NCBI GenBank assembly: GCA_963812265.1
Contig: CAWEUL010000005.1
Span: 55,915-119,914 of the forward strand
DNA length: 64,000 nt
From: an uncultured Actinomycetota bacterium
GTDB taxonomy: Bacteria; Actinomycetota; Actinomycetes; Propionibacteriales; Nocardioidaceae
Direction of reading: 5' to 3'
A program made the translations under genes and the position numbers. Every line of letters begins with the position of its first letter. The stretch's first letter is position 1. This document shows, one piece after another, positions 10,139-19,142 of the stretch. The notes under the pieces were generated by a model. The model was given only the letters and a program-made list of their open reading frames with translations, did not search any database and had not been told where the DNA came from.

Positions 10139-11794
10139 ATGGCCCACACTCCCATCCTGCTGACCGGGTACGACGCGAAGCGGTGTGCCCGCCGGGTCCA
10201 CAACGAGTGGGACCCCACGATCGAGCAGGTCGAGTGGGAGGTACCGCCCGACCTGCAGATGAGGTTCCGGGCGGGCATCGAGTTCGAGGCGGCAGTGTTC
10301 GGAGAGCTGGCAGCCGGCCCCGAACCTGCGGCCTACGTCGACCTGTCCGACGTGCGCGGCAAAGAGGCCCTCATCGAGGCGACCGTGTCGGCGCTGGATG
10401 ACGACACCACCGTCATCCTCGGCGGATGGCTCCCGGACGATGTCGAGGGCGGCCGCACGGGACGTCCCGACATCCTTCTGAGAGTGGGACCCGGTGTCTA
10501 CGTGCCCGGGGACGTGAAGTCCCACCAGGTCACTTCGCGACGGAAGCGAGGCCTACTGACCTACTCGCTGATGAGCGAGCCTGGGACGACCCTCGAGGTC
10601 GCGGGTCTGGCCGCGCAGACCACGACGCGTTTCGACGACTACCTCCAGCTGGCCCACTACTGGCGGATACTCGAGGCGATCGGACGGGCACCGGACTGGG
10701 CGCCGACAGGCTTCATCATCGGCACCGATCAGCTGACCGACTTCGCGCTTCCCGACCGGATCCTCACCTGGATGGACCTCAGTGCACCCCTGTTCGCGAC
10801 CTTCTCCCGATCGCGGGGCGCGGCGAGGAGGTCGGCTCTGGAGCGCTACGACCACGAGCAGGGCTTCCGGCTGAAGGTGGCCGCCGCGGCTGCCGAAGGA
10901 GCTGCTGCGCTGGTGCAGCCGATCTTCACCGTCGAGTGCGACTCCTGCCCTTGGTATGAGTTCTGCCGCGACCTGACCGGCGTCGACACGGCGAGCAACC
11001 GAATCAGGGCGGGCAGGCTCAGTGTCCGCGAGTGGCACGCCCTGGCAGCGTTGGGCGTCGTCAGCATCGACGACCTGGCCGACCTCGACCTCGACGATGA
11101 GGCGTTCCGTGCGTCATACCTCCCGGAGGTCGCGCACCTCAAGGACCCGTGGGGTCGCCTGACGGTTGCCGTACGCCGAGCGGGGATGACTCGCGACGGC
11201 GTTCTGCTCGAGCGCGACACCGTCGGACCGATCGCGCTGCCACGGGCAGACGTCGAGATCGACTTCGACATCGAGTGGGACCCCGAGGACCGGGTCTATC
11301 TCTGGGGCGCGCTCGTCAACCGACCCGGTGCCGATCCGGAGTACCACCCCGTGGTCAGCTGGCAGGAGCTCGATGATGCGGAGGCTGTTCGACTGGCTGC
11401 CGAGTTCGCCGACTGGCTTCGCGGCCAGATGGCCGTCGCCGAAGCCGCCGGCCAGACGTTGCTGGTCTACCACTACTCGCACCCCGAGCCGACCTACCTC
11501 AGGCGTCTCCTGGGTGAGGAGGCGGTAGCCGACCTGGTGGAGCGCTTCGTCGACCTGCTCCCGATCGTGCGTGAGCACTTCTTCGGCCTCCACGGCCTCG
11601 GGATCAAGAAGGTGGCGCCCGTATTTGGGTTCGCCTGGCGCGACGAGGACCCTGGGGGACTGCAGTCGCAGCTGTGGCTGGCCGAGGCACGTGCTGCCAC
11701 CGATGAGGCAGTGTCGCAGGCCGGTCGGCAACGCATCCTCGACTACAACGAGGACGACGTCCGGGCCACGAGAGCGATTCGGGAAGGACTCTGA
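10139..11794 (+). CDS. TM0106 family RecB-like putative nuclease
   Basis: GRPDILLR...PGDVK PD-(D/E)xK motif, C-x2-C-x-W-x3-C, HhH-like segment, C-terminal RNase H-like DFDIE...DYNEDDV; GAGGAG RBS before ATG 10139. Confidence 0.85.
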   Translation: MAHTPILLTGYDAKRCARRVHNEWDPTIEQVEWEVPPDLQMRFRAGIEFEAAVFGELAAGPEPAAYVDLSDVRGKEALIEATVSALDDDTTVILGGWLPDDVEGGRTGRPDILLRVGPGVYVPGDVKSHQVTSRRKRGLLTYSLMSEPGTTLEVAGLAAQTTTRFDDYLQLAHYWRILEAIGRAPDWAPTGFIIGTDQLTDFALPDRILTWMDLSAPLFATFSRSRGAARRSALERYDHEQGFRLKVAAAAAEGAAALVQPIFTVECDSCPWYEFCRDLTGVDTASNRIRAGRLSVREWHALAALGVVSIDDLADLDLDDEAFRASYLPEVAHLKDPWGRLTVAVRRAGMTRDGVLLERDTVGPIALPRADVEIDFDIEWDPEDRVYLWGALVNRPGADPEYHPVVSWQELDDAEAVRLAAEFADWLRGQMAVAEAAGQTLLVYHYSHPEPTYLRRLLGEEAVADLVERFVDLLPIVREHFFGLHGLGIKKVAPVFGFAWRDEDPGGLQSQLWLAEARAATDEAVSQAGRQRILDYNEDDVRATRAIREGL

Positions 11795-12017
11795 CGCCGG
11801 CGGTGAGCGTGGCCAGCAAGCGCCAGGGCAACTTCGTGACGATCGGTTTCGGGCCATGACAAGCCCCCGCGGGTCGACCGTGGACGCACTTCTAGCAGAG
11901 TCCGCGTACGCCGCCCGGCAGGCTTGCATGACGGACCACGGTGTAGCGGTACCTGCCGACGGGACGGGCAGCTTGTTGAAGCAACCCGAGAGCTGATGAC
12001 CGACGACGGTGAAAGAG

Positions 12018-13100
12018 TTACCCGGTCGGGTGTCGCCTAGGTGGGTAGCCGCAGTCGAGGGCAGCTGCCCAGTCGAAGTGCACGTGCAGCAGAACCGTCA
12101 GGTCGACCCCTTCGGTCCCACCGAGTCCTATGGCGGCTGCGGGCTGTCCCCGACCGGAGTGCGAGAGCTTCGTTGAAGTACCAGGGGTGATCACCGTCGC
12201 ATGACGGTTCAAGGCGGAGACGTCAGGCGAGATCACACGTTCCACATCCAAGACTGGCTCAACCGTCGCCGCGACGACTATCGATTCGCTGCGATTGGCG
12301 ACGCGTAGGCCGCGCTTCCCGAGCTCGAACTCTGCACCAAGCAGCCACACTGGTGAGTCAACGCGAACGCGCACGGGAAGCCCTGGGGCGGGGTGCGAGT
12401 AGATCGTTTCGTGAGGCCGGGGAATGGCTGGCCAGGATATGGATTCTTCGCCGGTGGAAACCTGGAGTAGCCGGACGGCCTCATACTCGGCCTGCACCTC
12501 CGTGAAACGGTCCGATGCCCTCAAGTCCATCAGTCTGCTGTCGGAACCCAAGATCGCTTCTCTCACCCTGGTGGACGTAGCAGTCCGGCGCCGCTCGTTG
12601 TCGCGGTTATCCCGGCAGGCGAACTGGAAGCTCACCAGCACCTCCCGCTGCAAGATCGAAAGAGCGCGGACGAGAGCAAGCGACAAGTCCCGCGGCGAAC
12701 CACCCGCCAACCACGTCAGGCCGTACATCGCCTCAGCCCGCGCCACCTCCAGGGGTCGTCCGTGGGCTTGCCCGATTGCGTCGGCAAATGCATGCCGGGC
12801 GTTGCTCAGCATCTCCTCGCGGTGCTCCGGTCGGCGGTGCTCCGGAGCGGCGTCCTCGAGCAGGCGCCGGCCTGCGGCCATCGACGCCTCGTGAGGATCG
12901 GTGGCCAAGGAATCCAACCTTGCCTCGATGTCCTTCAGCCCCGCGTCAGCCCGGCGTTGGCCAGCCACGATTGCCTCAAGCAACGCAGTAGCCACCTCAG
13001 CGGCGTCGTCGCGACCCAGTTCGCTGCCCTCAACCGCCGCACGCAGCAACTGCCCGCCGCTCTTAAGGGCGACCGCGGTTAGTACCGACTCAATCATCAT
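12018..13100 (-). CDS. Hypothetical protein (helical N-terminus, beta-rich C-terminus)
   Basis: Long ORF with protein-like composition; start at MMIES inferred; no family recognised. Confidence 0.6.
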   Translation of the reverse strand: MMIESVLTAVALKSGGQLLRAAVEGSELGRDDAAEVATALLEAIVAGQRRADAGLKDIEARLDSLATDPHEASMAAGRRLLEDAAPEHRRPEHREEMLSNARHAFADAIGQAHGRPLEVARAEAMYGLTWLAGGSPRDLSLALVRALSILQREVLVSFQFACRDNRDNERRRTATSTRVREAILGSDSRLMDLRASDRFTEVQAEYEAVRLLQVSTGEESISWPAIPRPHETIYSHPAPGLPVRVRVDSPVWLLGAEFELGKRGLRVANRSESIVVAATVEPVLDVERVISPDVSALNRHATVITPGTSTKLSHSGRGQPAAAIGLGGTEGVDLTVLLHVHFDWAAALDCGYPPRRHPTG

Positions 13101-13204
13101 GCGCCACACCACCTTCGCGGATTTCACCATTATGCAGATCCCTGAGCGGACTATGAAGCGGCGGAGTTCGCCGGAGAAGGCGTTGACATGCGGATGTGTA
13201 GGGC

Positions 13205-13720
13205 ATGGACGAGCAGGATGATGCAGGTTCCGGCGCCGAACGTGATGACCGCCTCCCAACCCCGACCAGCCCACCGCACCACCTGCGAGAAGGTGACGAA
13301 GCCGCGCTGGCCCGTGAGCTCGTCGAGCTCCTGGAGTTGTTCGACGGGGGCAAGCCCGAGGTCGAGCTGGGCACCGGGGACCACCGCCACCTGCTCGAGG
13401 TCATGCACCTCTGGTCACGCTGGCTCGCGGATCACATTCCGCAGGCCGAGCTCCCCTGCCGCGCCGGAGGACACATCAACCGCAAGGCCAGATGGGCAGG
13501 CTCGGCTGTTCGCCTGGCGCGGACGCAGCCACATCCCAGCGGGACCCTGGCTGTGTTGGAGCCGCGCGATCGATCGCCGGATCGCGAGGTCAGCGCGGGT
13601 GTGACTTGCGGGGGTCCCCCGACCTCTTGGCCGCCCGGGCGGCCGCGTTCGGCTTGTTCCGGCCCTCCCACGCGCGCCAGCCAGCGGTCACCAGGACCGC
13701 GCCGGCCAGAGAACCGATGA
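13205..13720 (+). CDS. Possible hypothetical protein or gene remnant
   Basis: Central LARELVELLELFDGGKPEVELGTGDHRHLLEVMHLWSRWLADH looks coding; the 3' end overlaps the opposite-strand gene. Confidence 0.3.
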   Translation: MDEQDDAGSGAERDDRLPTPTSPPHHLREGDEAALARELVELLELFDGGKPEVELGTGDHRHLLEVMHLWSRWLADHIPQAELPCRAGGHINRKARWAGSAVRLARTQPHPSGTLAVLEPRDRSPDREVSAGVTCGGPPTSWPPGRPRSACSGPPTRASQRSPGPRRPENR

Positions 13721-13907
13721 TCCCGCTCGGCTTCAGGTCCAGGCCGTCGCCGGAGAGCAGGCTGATGGCCAGCCCGCCGACGAACGAGCCGACGAGCCCG
13801 GCCACGATCGCCATCGACCAGTCGACCCGGCCACGCGATCGGCCGAGAATGAGCTGGGCGCCTGCGCCGATGACCATGCCGAAGGTGATGATGGCGAGAA
13901 TGAGCAT
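13590..13907 (-). CDS. GlsB/YeaQ/YmgE (transglycosylase-associated) stress membrane protein
   Basis: MLILAIITFGMVIGAGAQLILG...IVAGLVGSFVGG...IIGSLAGAVLV pattern. Confidence 0.85.
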   Translation of the reverse strand: MLILAIITFGMVIGAGAQLILGRSRGRVDWSMAIVAGLVGSFVGGLAISLLSGDGLDLKPSGIIGSLAGAVLVTAGWRAWEGRNKPNAAARAAKRSGDPRKSHPR

Positions 13908-13939
13908 GCGCAGAGGATAGCCACGCCGGATGTCGGGGG

Positions 13940-14104
13940 TCAGACCAGGACCGGTACGGCGCGGCTCGTGGTGGTCGGGACGTCCGCCCGTAGTGCCCGG
14001 TAGCAGGGCCAGACGCTTCCGCAGACCGTGCAGAAGCCCTGCTGTGCGCAGTGTCCGTGGGTGACGAGAACAGGTGTCGTCCGGCTCGAATCGTAAGTGT
14101 TCAT
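13940..14104 (-). CDS. Small 54-aa Cys/His protein (putative metal-binding)
   Basis: GGAG RBS 7 nt upstream; contains HGHC-x4-C-x2-CGSVWPC. Confidence 0.55.
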   Translation of the reverse strand: MNTYDSSRTTPVLVTHGHCAQQGFCTVCGSVWPCYRALRADVPTTTSRAVPVLV

Positions 14105-14415
14105 CGTGATCTCCGTGGGTGGCAGCCGGCGGGGATGCCGGCGTCTCTTGATCGTCGTCCTCGCAGATCGCCCTGTCGGTCGTGTCGACCGCACACCCCA
14201 CACGGGGAGCCGCCCGGCCACGCGGGGCTGCCCGCAGGCTTGGGGGTGGGGTTCGCCGCTCGTGGGGGGTGGGCTGGCCGCACCCGCCGCTGGCCAATGT
14301 CGGCACCGGCCTGTCGCAGTGGAGTCCGCGGTGAGACAGGGCGCTCAGCTTGGTGGCTGCACAGCCGCCCTCGAGCGTGTCGGTCGCGGGCACGGGCCGG
14401 AAGCGACCTCGTGCC

Positions 14416-15624
14416 TCAACCTCGTCCCCGTGCGACCTGCTGCGCGACCCGGGCGGCGGTGGCGGCGACGTGCGAGCGGGCCTCGGCCACGTCCACGGAC
14501 GTGACCGTCCCTTCCGCGACGACCTGACGCCAGCCGACATAGACATCACTCACGTCGCTGCCGGGCGCTGCGAAGGTGAGGTACGACGCGGCGTCGTGCA
14601 ACGGCGTACCGCGGGAGCCGGTCGCGTCGACGACGACGACGTCGGCCCAGCGGCCCGGCTGCAGGCTGCCGACCTCCGGGAACCGGACCGCCTGTGCTCC
14701 CTCACACGTGGCCATGGCCAGCAGATCGTCGCCGCGGACGCTGTTGGGGTCGCGATTGACGCCACGCTGAAGGAGCACACCTGTCTTGATCTCCTCGAAG
14801 AGGTCGAGGCTGTTGTTGCTGACAACCGAATCTGTCCCTAGCCCGAGCGGGACACCTGCTCACGCACGCCGGGACCGGCGCGACCCCCGCCCCCAGCTTG
14901 AGTTTGCTGATGGGGTTGTGCGCGACGGCTACGTCGTGTCGCGCCAAGATCTCGATGTCCTCGTGCGTCGGGTGGACACAGTGTGCGACCAGGACCGGTG
15001 AATCCAGCAGCCCCAGAGCGGCAACGTGAGCGATCGGTGTGAGCCCGAAGCGGCGCTGGGAGTCCTCGACCTCGAACGCGGATTCTGAGAGGTGGAGGAC
15101 TCCGGCAGTTCGAGGGAGCGGGCGCGTGCTGCGACGTCGCGCAGCACCTCCGGTGAACAGGTGTACGGCGCGTGCGGGCCCAGCGCGATGCGGACCTGTG
15201 GGTCCCCGGCGAACTCACTGGCCAACGCCGCCGTGCCGTCGAGCAGCCGGGAATCCCACACGAACATGTCGGCGAACGTGGTCTTACCGGTCCGCAGCAT
15301 CTCGACCATGGCCAACTGCAGGCCCCAGAAGAAGTCGTCGGCGGTGAGCTCGATCTCGAAGGCCCGCACCCGTGCCAACCAGTCCTGCAGGTCCATGTCC
15401 TCGGCATAGCCACGCAGCGGCGTCATCCCCGAGTGCGTGTGCGCATTGGCCAGGCCCGGCATCAGGACTCTCCCGGTGACGTCGACGCCACCGGCCACGC
15501 CACGTCCCGGACCGACGTACGTGATCAGCCCCGTGCCCGTGTCGAATGCCACTTTGCGCACTGGACCGCGAACACCCCGGTTCACACCCCTGAACACGAT
15601 CGAAGGCAGGGGTCTGGGGGTCAA
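14416..15624 (-). pseudogene. Amidohydrolase (MTA/SAH deaminase-like), frameshifted with internal deletion
   Basis: PGLANAHTH, GPHAPYTCS, HLSE, VAHCVH, AHNP and LGTD motifs are spread over several frames; the segment after MFVW is missing. Confidence 0.85.
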
Positions 15625-15705
15625 GGGCTCGGGAGAACCGGCCAGGGACGCGCGACGGCAGGGTCGGCGGCGAGACGCCCAGAGGCATCGACCGCCTCGA
15701 AGAAG

Positions 15706-16470
15706 TCAGGCCGAGAACCGGCGCCGGTAGGTGGCCATGGCGAGGAGGTAGGCGATGGTCAGGACCGCGACGCACCAGGCGAGGGCGGTCCAGATGTCGG
15801 TGCTGACCGGCTGTTGGGCGAAGAGGTCGCGGATCGCGTCGACGATGGAAGTCACCGGCTGGTGTTCGGCGAAGGCGCGGACGGGGCCGGGCATGGTGTC
15901 GGTGGGCACGAAGGCCGAACTGATGAACGGGAGGAAGATGAGCGGGTAGGCCAACGCGCTGGCGCCGTCGACGGTCTTCGCGGTGAGGCCGGCGATGACG
16001 GCGAGCCAGGACAGCGCCAGAGTGAGAAGGACCAGGATGCCGCCGACTGCGAGCCACGCCAGCACTCCCGCTCCTGAGCGGAAGCCCATGAGGTAGGCGA
16101 CGAGCATGATGACCCCGACCGAGACCAGGTTGGCCACCACGGAGGTGAGCACGTGTGCCCACAGCACGGCAGAGCGTGCGATCGGCATCGACTGGAACCG
16201 TTCGAAGATGCCGTTCTTCAGGTCGAGGAAGAGCCGGTAGGCCGTATAGGAGATGCCCGAGGCGATCGTGATCAGCAGGATGCCGGGCAGCAGGTAGTTC
16301 ACATACGAGTCGGTGCCGGTCTCGATTGCGCCGCCGAAGACGTAGACGAACAGCAGCATGAACACGATCGGCATGATCGTGGTCGTGATGATGGTGTCCG
16401 GGCTGCGGGTGATGTGTCGCAGGGATCGCCCCAGCAGGACAGCGGTGTCGCCGAGGAAGCGCCTGGTCAT
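15706..16470 (-). CDS. ABC-2 type transporter permease (DrrB-like)
   Basis: RHITRSPD...PIVFMLLFVYVFGGAI, ERFQSMPI motifs. Confidence 0.9.
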   Translation of the reverse strand: MTRRFLGDTAVLLGRSLRHITRSPDTIITTTIMPIVFMLLFVYVFGGAIETGTDSYVNYLLPGILLITIASGISYTAYRLFLDLKNGIFERFQSMPIARSAVLWAHVLTSVVANLVSVGVIMLVAYLMGFRSGAGVLAWLAVGGILVLLTLALSWLAVIAGLTAKTVDGASALAYPLIFLPFISSAFVPTDTMPGPVRAFAEHQPVTSIVDAIRDLFAQQPVSTDIWTALAWCVAVLTIAYLLAMATYRRRFSA

Positions 16471-17219
16471 CGTGGTTCCCGACCGATGATGGCGAGGAAG
16501 ACGTCCTCGAGGGTCGGCTGCTTCTCGACGTACTCGACCTTGGCAGGTGGGAGCAGCTGCTTGAGCTCGGCCAGGGTGCCGTTCACAATGATCCGACCCT
16601 CGTGGAGGATCGCGATCCGGTCGGCGAGCTGTTCGGCCTCGTCGAGGTTCTGGGTGGTGAGCAGCACCGTCGTGCCGGCCTCGGTGAGCTCCTTGACGAC
16701 CTGCCACACGTCGATGCGCCCCTGGGGGTCGAGCCCCGTGGTCGGCTCGTCGAGGAAGACGACCGGTGGGTTCCCGATCAGGCTCATCGCAATGTCGAGG
16801 CGGCGCCGCATGCCACCGGAGTACGTCGACACCTTTCGTGCGCCCGCATCGGTCAGCGAGAAACGATCGAGCAGGTCGTCCGCGATCGTGCCGGGGTCCT
16901 TGAGGTGACGCAGCCGGGCGACCAGCACGAGGTTCTCCCGCCCGCTGAGGACTTCGTCGACGGCCGCGAACTGCCCGGTCAGGCTGATGGACTCCCGCAC
17001 CTCCGCGGCCTGCGTGGCGACATCGAAGCCACTGACGCTGACCGCCCCCGCGTCGGCCTCGAGAAGCGTGGACAGAGTCCTCACGACCGTGGTCTTGCCC
17101 GCCCCGTTCGAGCCGAGCAGGGCGAAGATGCTGCCGCGGGCCACGTCGAAGTCGACACCGCGCAGCACGTGCAGGTCGCCAAACGACTTCTCCAGCCCAT
17201 GCACGACGATGGCGGCCAT
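16467..17219 (-). CDS. ABC transporter ATP-binding protein (DrrA-like)
   Basis: Walker A GSNGAGKT, signature YSGGMRRR, Walker B VFLDEPT. Confidence 0.95.
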   Translation of the reverse strand: MAAIVVHGLEKSFGDLHVLRGVDFDVARGSIFALLGSNGAGKTTVVRTLSTLLEADAGAVSVSGFDVATQAAEVRESISLTGQFAAVDEVLSGRENLVLVARLRHLKDPGTIADDLLDRFSLTDAGARKVSTYSGGMRRRLDIAMSLIGNPPVVFLDEPTTGLDPQGRIDVWQVVKELTEAGTTVLLTTQNLDEAEQLADRIAILHEGRIIVNGTLAELKQLLPPAKVEYVEKQPTLEDVFLAIIGREPR

Positions 17220-17587
17220 CACGACTCCTCGGCCGCGGCTCGGTCGATGGCCTCGGTCAACCGGGCCCGCTCCTTGTTGATCCACTGGCCCTCGGCATAG
17301 TTGCGGAGGAACGTCTCGGCGAACTCGACAGGGTCCTCCCCGACGATCGCGCGGATCGGGGTGGCGTCGGCCGCACTCTGCTCGAACAGGTCGGCAAGGT
17401 CCTCCAGCATCGACATGAGGACGTCGCCCCTGGTGATCGCGCCGAAGTAGGTCAGGTACCGCTCCAGGGCCTCGATGGCGGCGCGGTAGTTGGCGGGGAG
17501 CTGCTTGGTGCGAGCCTGGTACGCCCGCCAGCGCTTCTTGTCCCCGAAGTCCCCGACAACCTTCTTGATCAGCGTCGAGATGTTCAT
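17219..17587 (-). CDS. DUF1048 domain protein
   Basis: KKRWRAYQARTKQLPANYRAA...GEDPVEFAE pattern; located between padR and ABC genes. Confidence 0.8.
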   Translation of the reverse strand: MNISTLIKKVVGDFGDKKRWRAYQARTKQLPANYRAAIEALERYLTYFGAITRGDVLMSMLEDLADLFEQSAADATPIRAIVGEDPVEFAETFLRNYAEGQWINKERARLTEAIDRAAAEES

Positions 17588-17589
17588 GT

Positions 17590-17919
17590 TCACTTCCCCT
17601 TCTCGTGGAGCTGTGCGAGCTGCTCTGCGAGGAAGCTCCACGTCCTCCAGAACTCTTCGAGATAGTCCTGACCCAGCGCGTTCAGCGCGTAGACCTTGCG
17701 CGGCGGCCCCTTCTCCGACGGGACCTTCTCCACATCCACGAGCCCGCGCTGCTCGATGCGAACGAGCAGGGCGTAGACCGTGCCCTCGGCGATGTCGGCG
17801 AACCCCATCTCGCGCAGCCGCGAGGTGATCTCGTAGCCGTACGCCGGGCGCCCGCCCAGGATGGCCAGGACGATGCCCTCGAGCGTGCCCTTGAGCATCT
17901 CCGTCATCTGCTTGCCCAT
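17590..17919 (-). CDS. PadR family transcriptional regulator
   Basis: LKGTLEGIVL...YGYEI...EGTVYALLVR...GPPRKVYAL. Confidence 0.95.
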   Translation of the reverse strand: MGKQMTEMLKGTLEGIVLAILGGRPAYGYEITSRLREMGFADIAEGTVYALLVRIEQRGLVDVEKVPSEKGPPRKVYALNALGQDYLEEFWRTWSFLAEQLAQLHEKGK

Positions 17920-17935
17920 CGGGCGCCCCTCCCAC

Positions 17936-17977
17936 TACTCAGCGTTACTGACTACCACTACATAGTATCACTGAGTA
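17936..17977. promoter_or_regulatory. AT-rich inverted repeat, probable PadR operator
   Basis: tactcagcgttact (17936-17949) and agtatcactgagta (17964-17977) are 12/14 complementary and lie between divergent padR and MDR genes. Confidence 0.6.
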
Positions 17978-17998
17978 GCACGCGTACAATCCCCGTTC

Positions 17999-19135
17999 AT
18001 GCCCCAGATCCCCGACACCATGCGTCAGCTCCGCAGCCTCGTCACGAGCGAAGGCCAGTTGCAGCTGTCCATCGCGACGGTGGACACGCCGCTGCCGCGA
18101 GAGCGCGAGGTGCTGGTGCGGGTCGAGGCGGCCCCGATCAACCCCTCCGACCTGGCGCTGCTGCTGGCCATGGCCGATGTGTCCCAGGCTGTGGCCGGGG
18201 GGTCGCCGACGGACCCGTCGGTGGTCGCGCCGGTCGCGGAACCGGTGATGCGCGCCCTGGCAGCGCGGGTCGGGGACTCCATGCCGGTGGGCAGCGAGGG
18301 TGCCGGGGTCGTCGTGGCCGCGGGTGACTCACCCGAGGCTCGGGCCCTGCTCGGGCGAACTGTCGGGTTCCTCGGTGAAGGGACCTACGGGGAGTACTCC
18401 CTGGCCTCGCCGCGCAATTGCCTCGCGCTGCCCGAGGGTGCCACGGCCGTCGAGGGCGCGTCGTCGTTCGTGAACCCCCTGACCGCGCTGGGCATGGTCG
18501 AGACCATGCGGCGGGAGGGTCATCGGGGGCTCGTCCACACGGCGGCGGCCTCGAACCTGGGACAGATGCTGAACCGGATCTGCCTGGCCGACGGCGTTCC
18601 GCTGGTCAACATCGTCCGGCGACCCGAACAGGCCGCGCTGTTGCGGGAGCAGGGCGCGCTGCACGTGTGCGACTCCAGTGCGGCGACGTTCGAGAGCGAT
18701 CTCGTGACGGCACTGACCGCGACGGAGGCCACCTTGGCGTTCGATGCCGTGGGTGGGGGCCGGTTGGCGGGGCAGATCCTCAACAGCATGGAGGCGGCCA
18801 TCGTCGCCCCGGGTGCGCCGTACAGCCGCTACGGCAGCGAGGTGCACAAGCAGGTCTACATCTATGGCGGCCTCGACCCGAGGCCGATCGAGCTGCGCCG
18901 CAGGTTCGGCTTCGCCTGGGGGGTGGGCGGTTGGCTGCTGCTGCCGTTCCTCGCGAGGACGAGTCGCGAGGATCTGGCCCGGCTGCGACAGCGGGTCGCC
19001 GACGAGCTCACCACGACGTTCGCCAGTCGCTACACCGACGAGCTCTCCCTCGCCGGTGCGCTCGACCTGGAGACGCTACGCACCTACTCACGTCAGGCCA
19101 CTGGTCAGAAGTTCCTGGTCAGGCCCCAGCGCTGA
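17999..19135 (+). CDS. MDR-family (zinc-binding dehydrogenase fold) NAD(P)H oxidoreductase
   Basis: AAPINPSD, GSEGAG, VNPLTA and HTAAASNLG motifs. Confidence 0.85.
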   Translation: MPQIPDTMRQLRSLVTSEGQLQLSIATVDTPLPREREVLVRVEAAPINPSDLALLLAMADVSQAVAGGSPTDPSVVAPVAEPVMRALAARVGDSMPVGSEGAGVVVAAGDSPEARALLGRTVGFLGEGTYGEYSLASPRNCLALPEGATAVEGASSFVNPLTALGMVETMRREGHRGLVHTAAASNLGQMLNRICLADGVPLVNIVRRPEQAALLREQGALHVCDSSAATFESDLVTALTATEATLAFDAVGGGRLAGQILNSMEAAIVAPGAPYSRYGSEVHKQVYIYGGLDPRPIELRRRFGFAWGVGGWLLLPFLARTSREDLARLRQRVADELTTTFASRYTDELSLAGALDLETLRTYSRQATGQKFLVRPQR

Positions 19136-19142
19136 GCGATCC

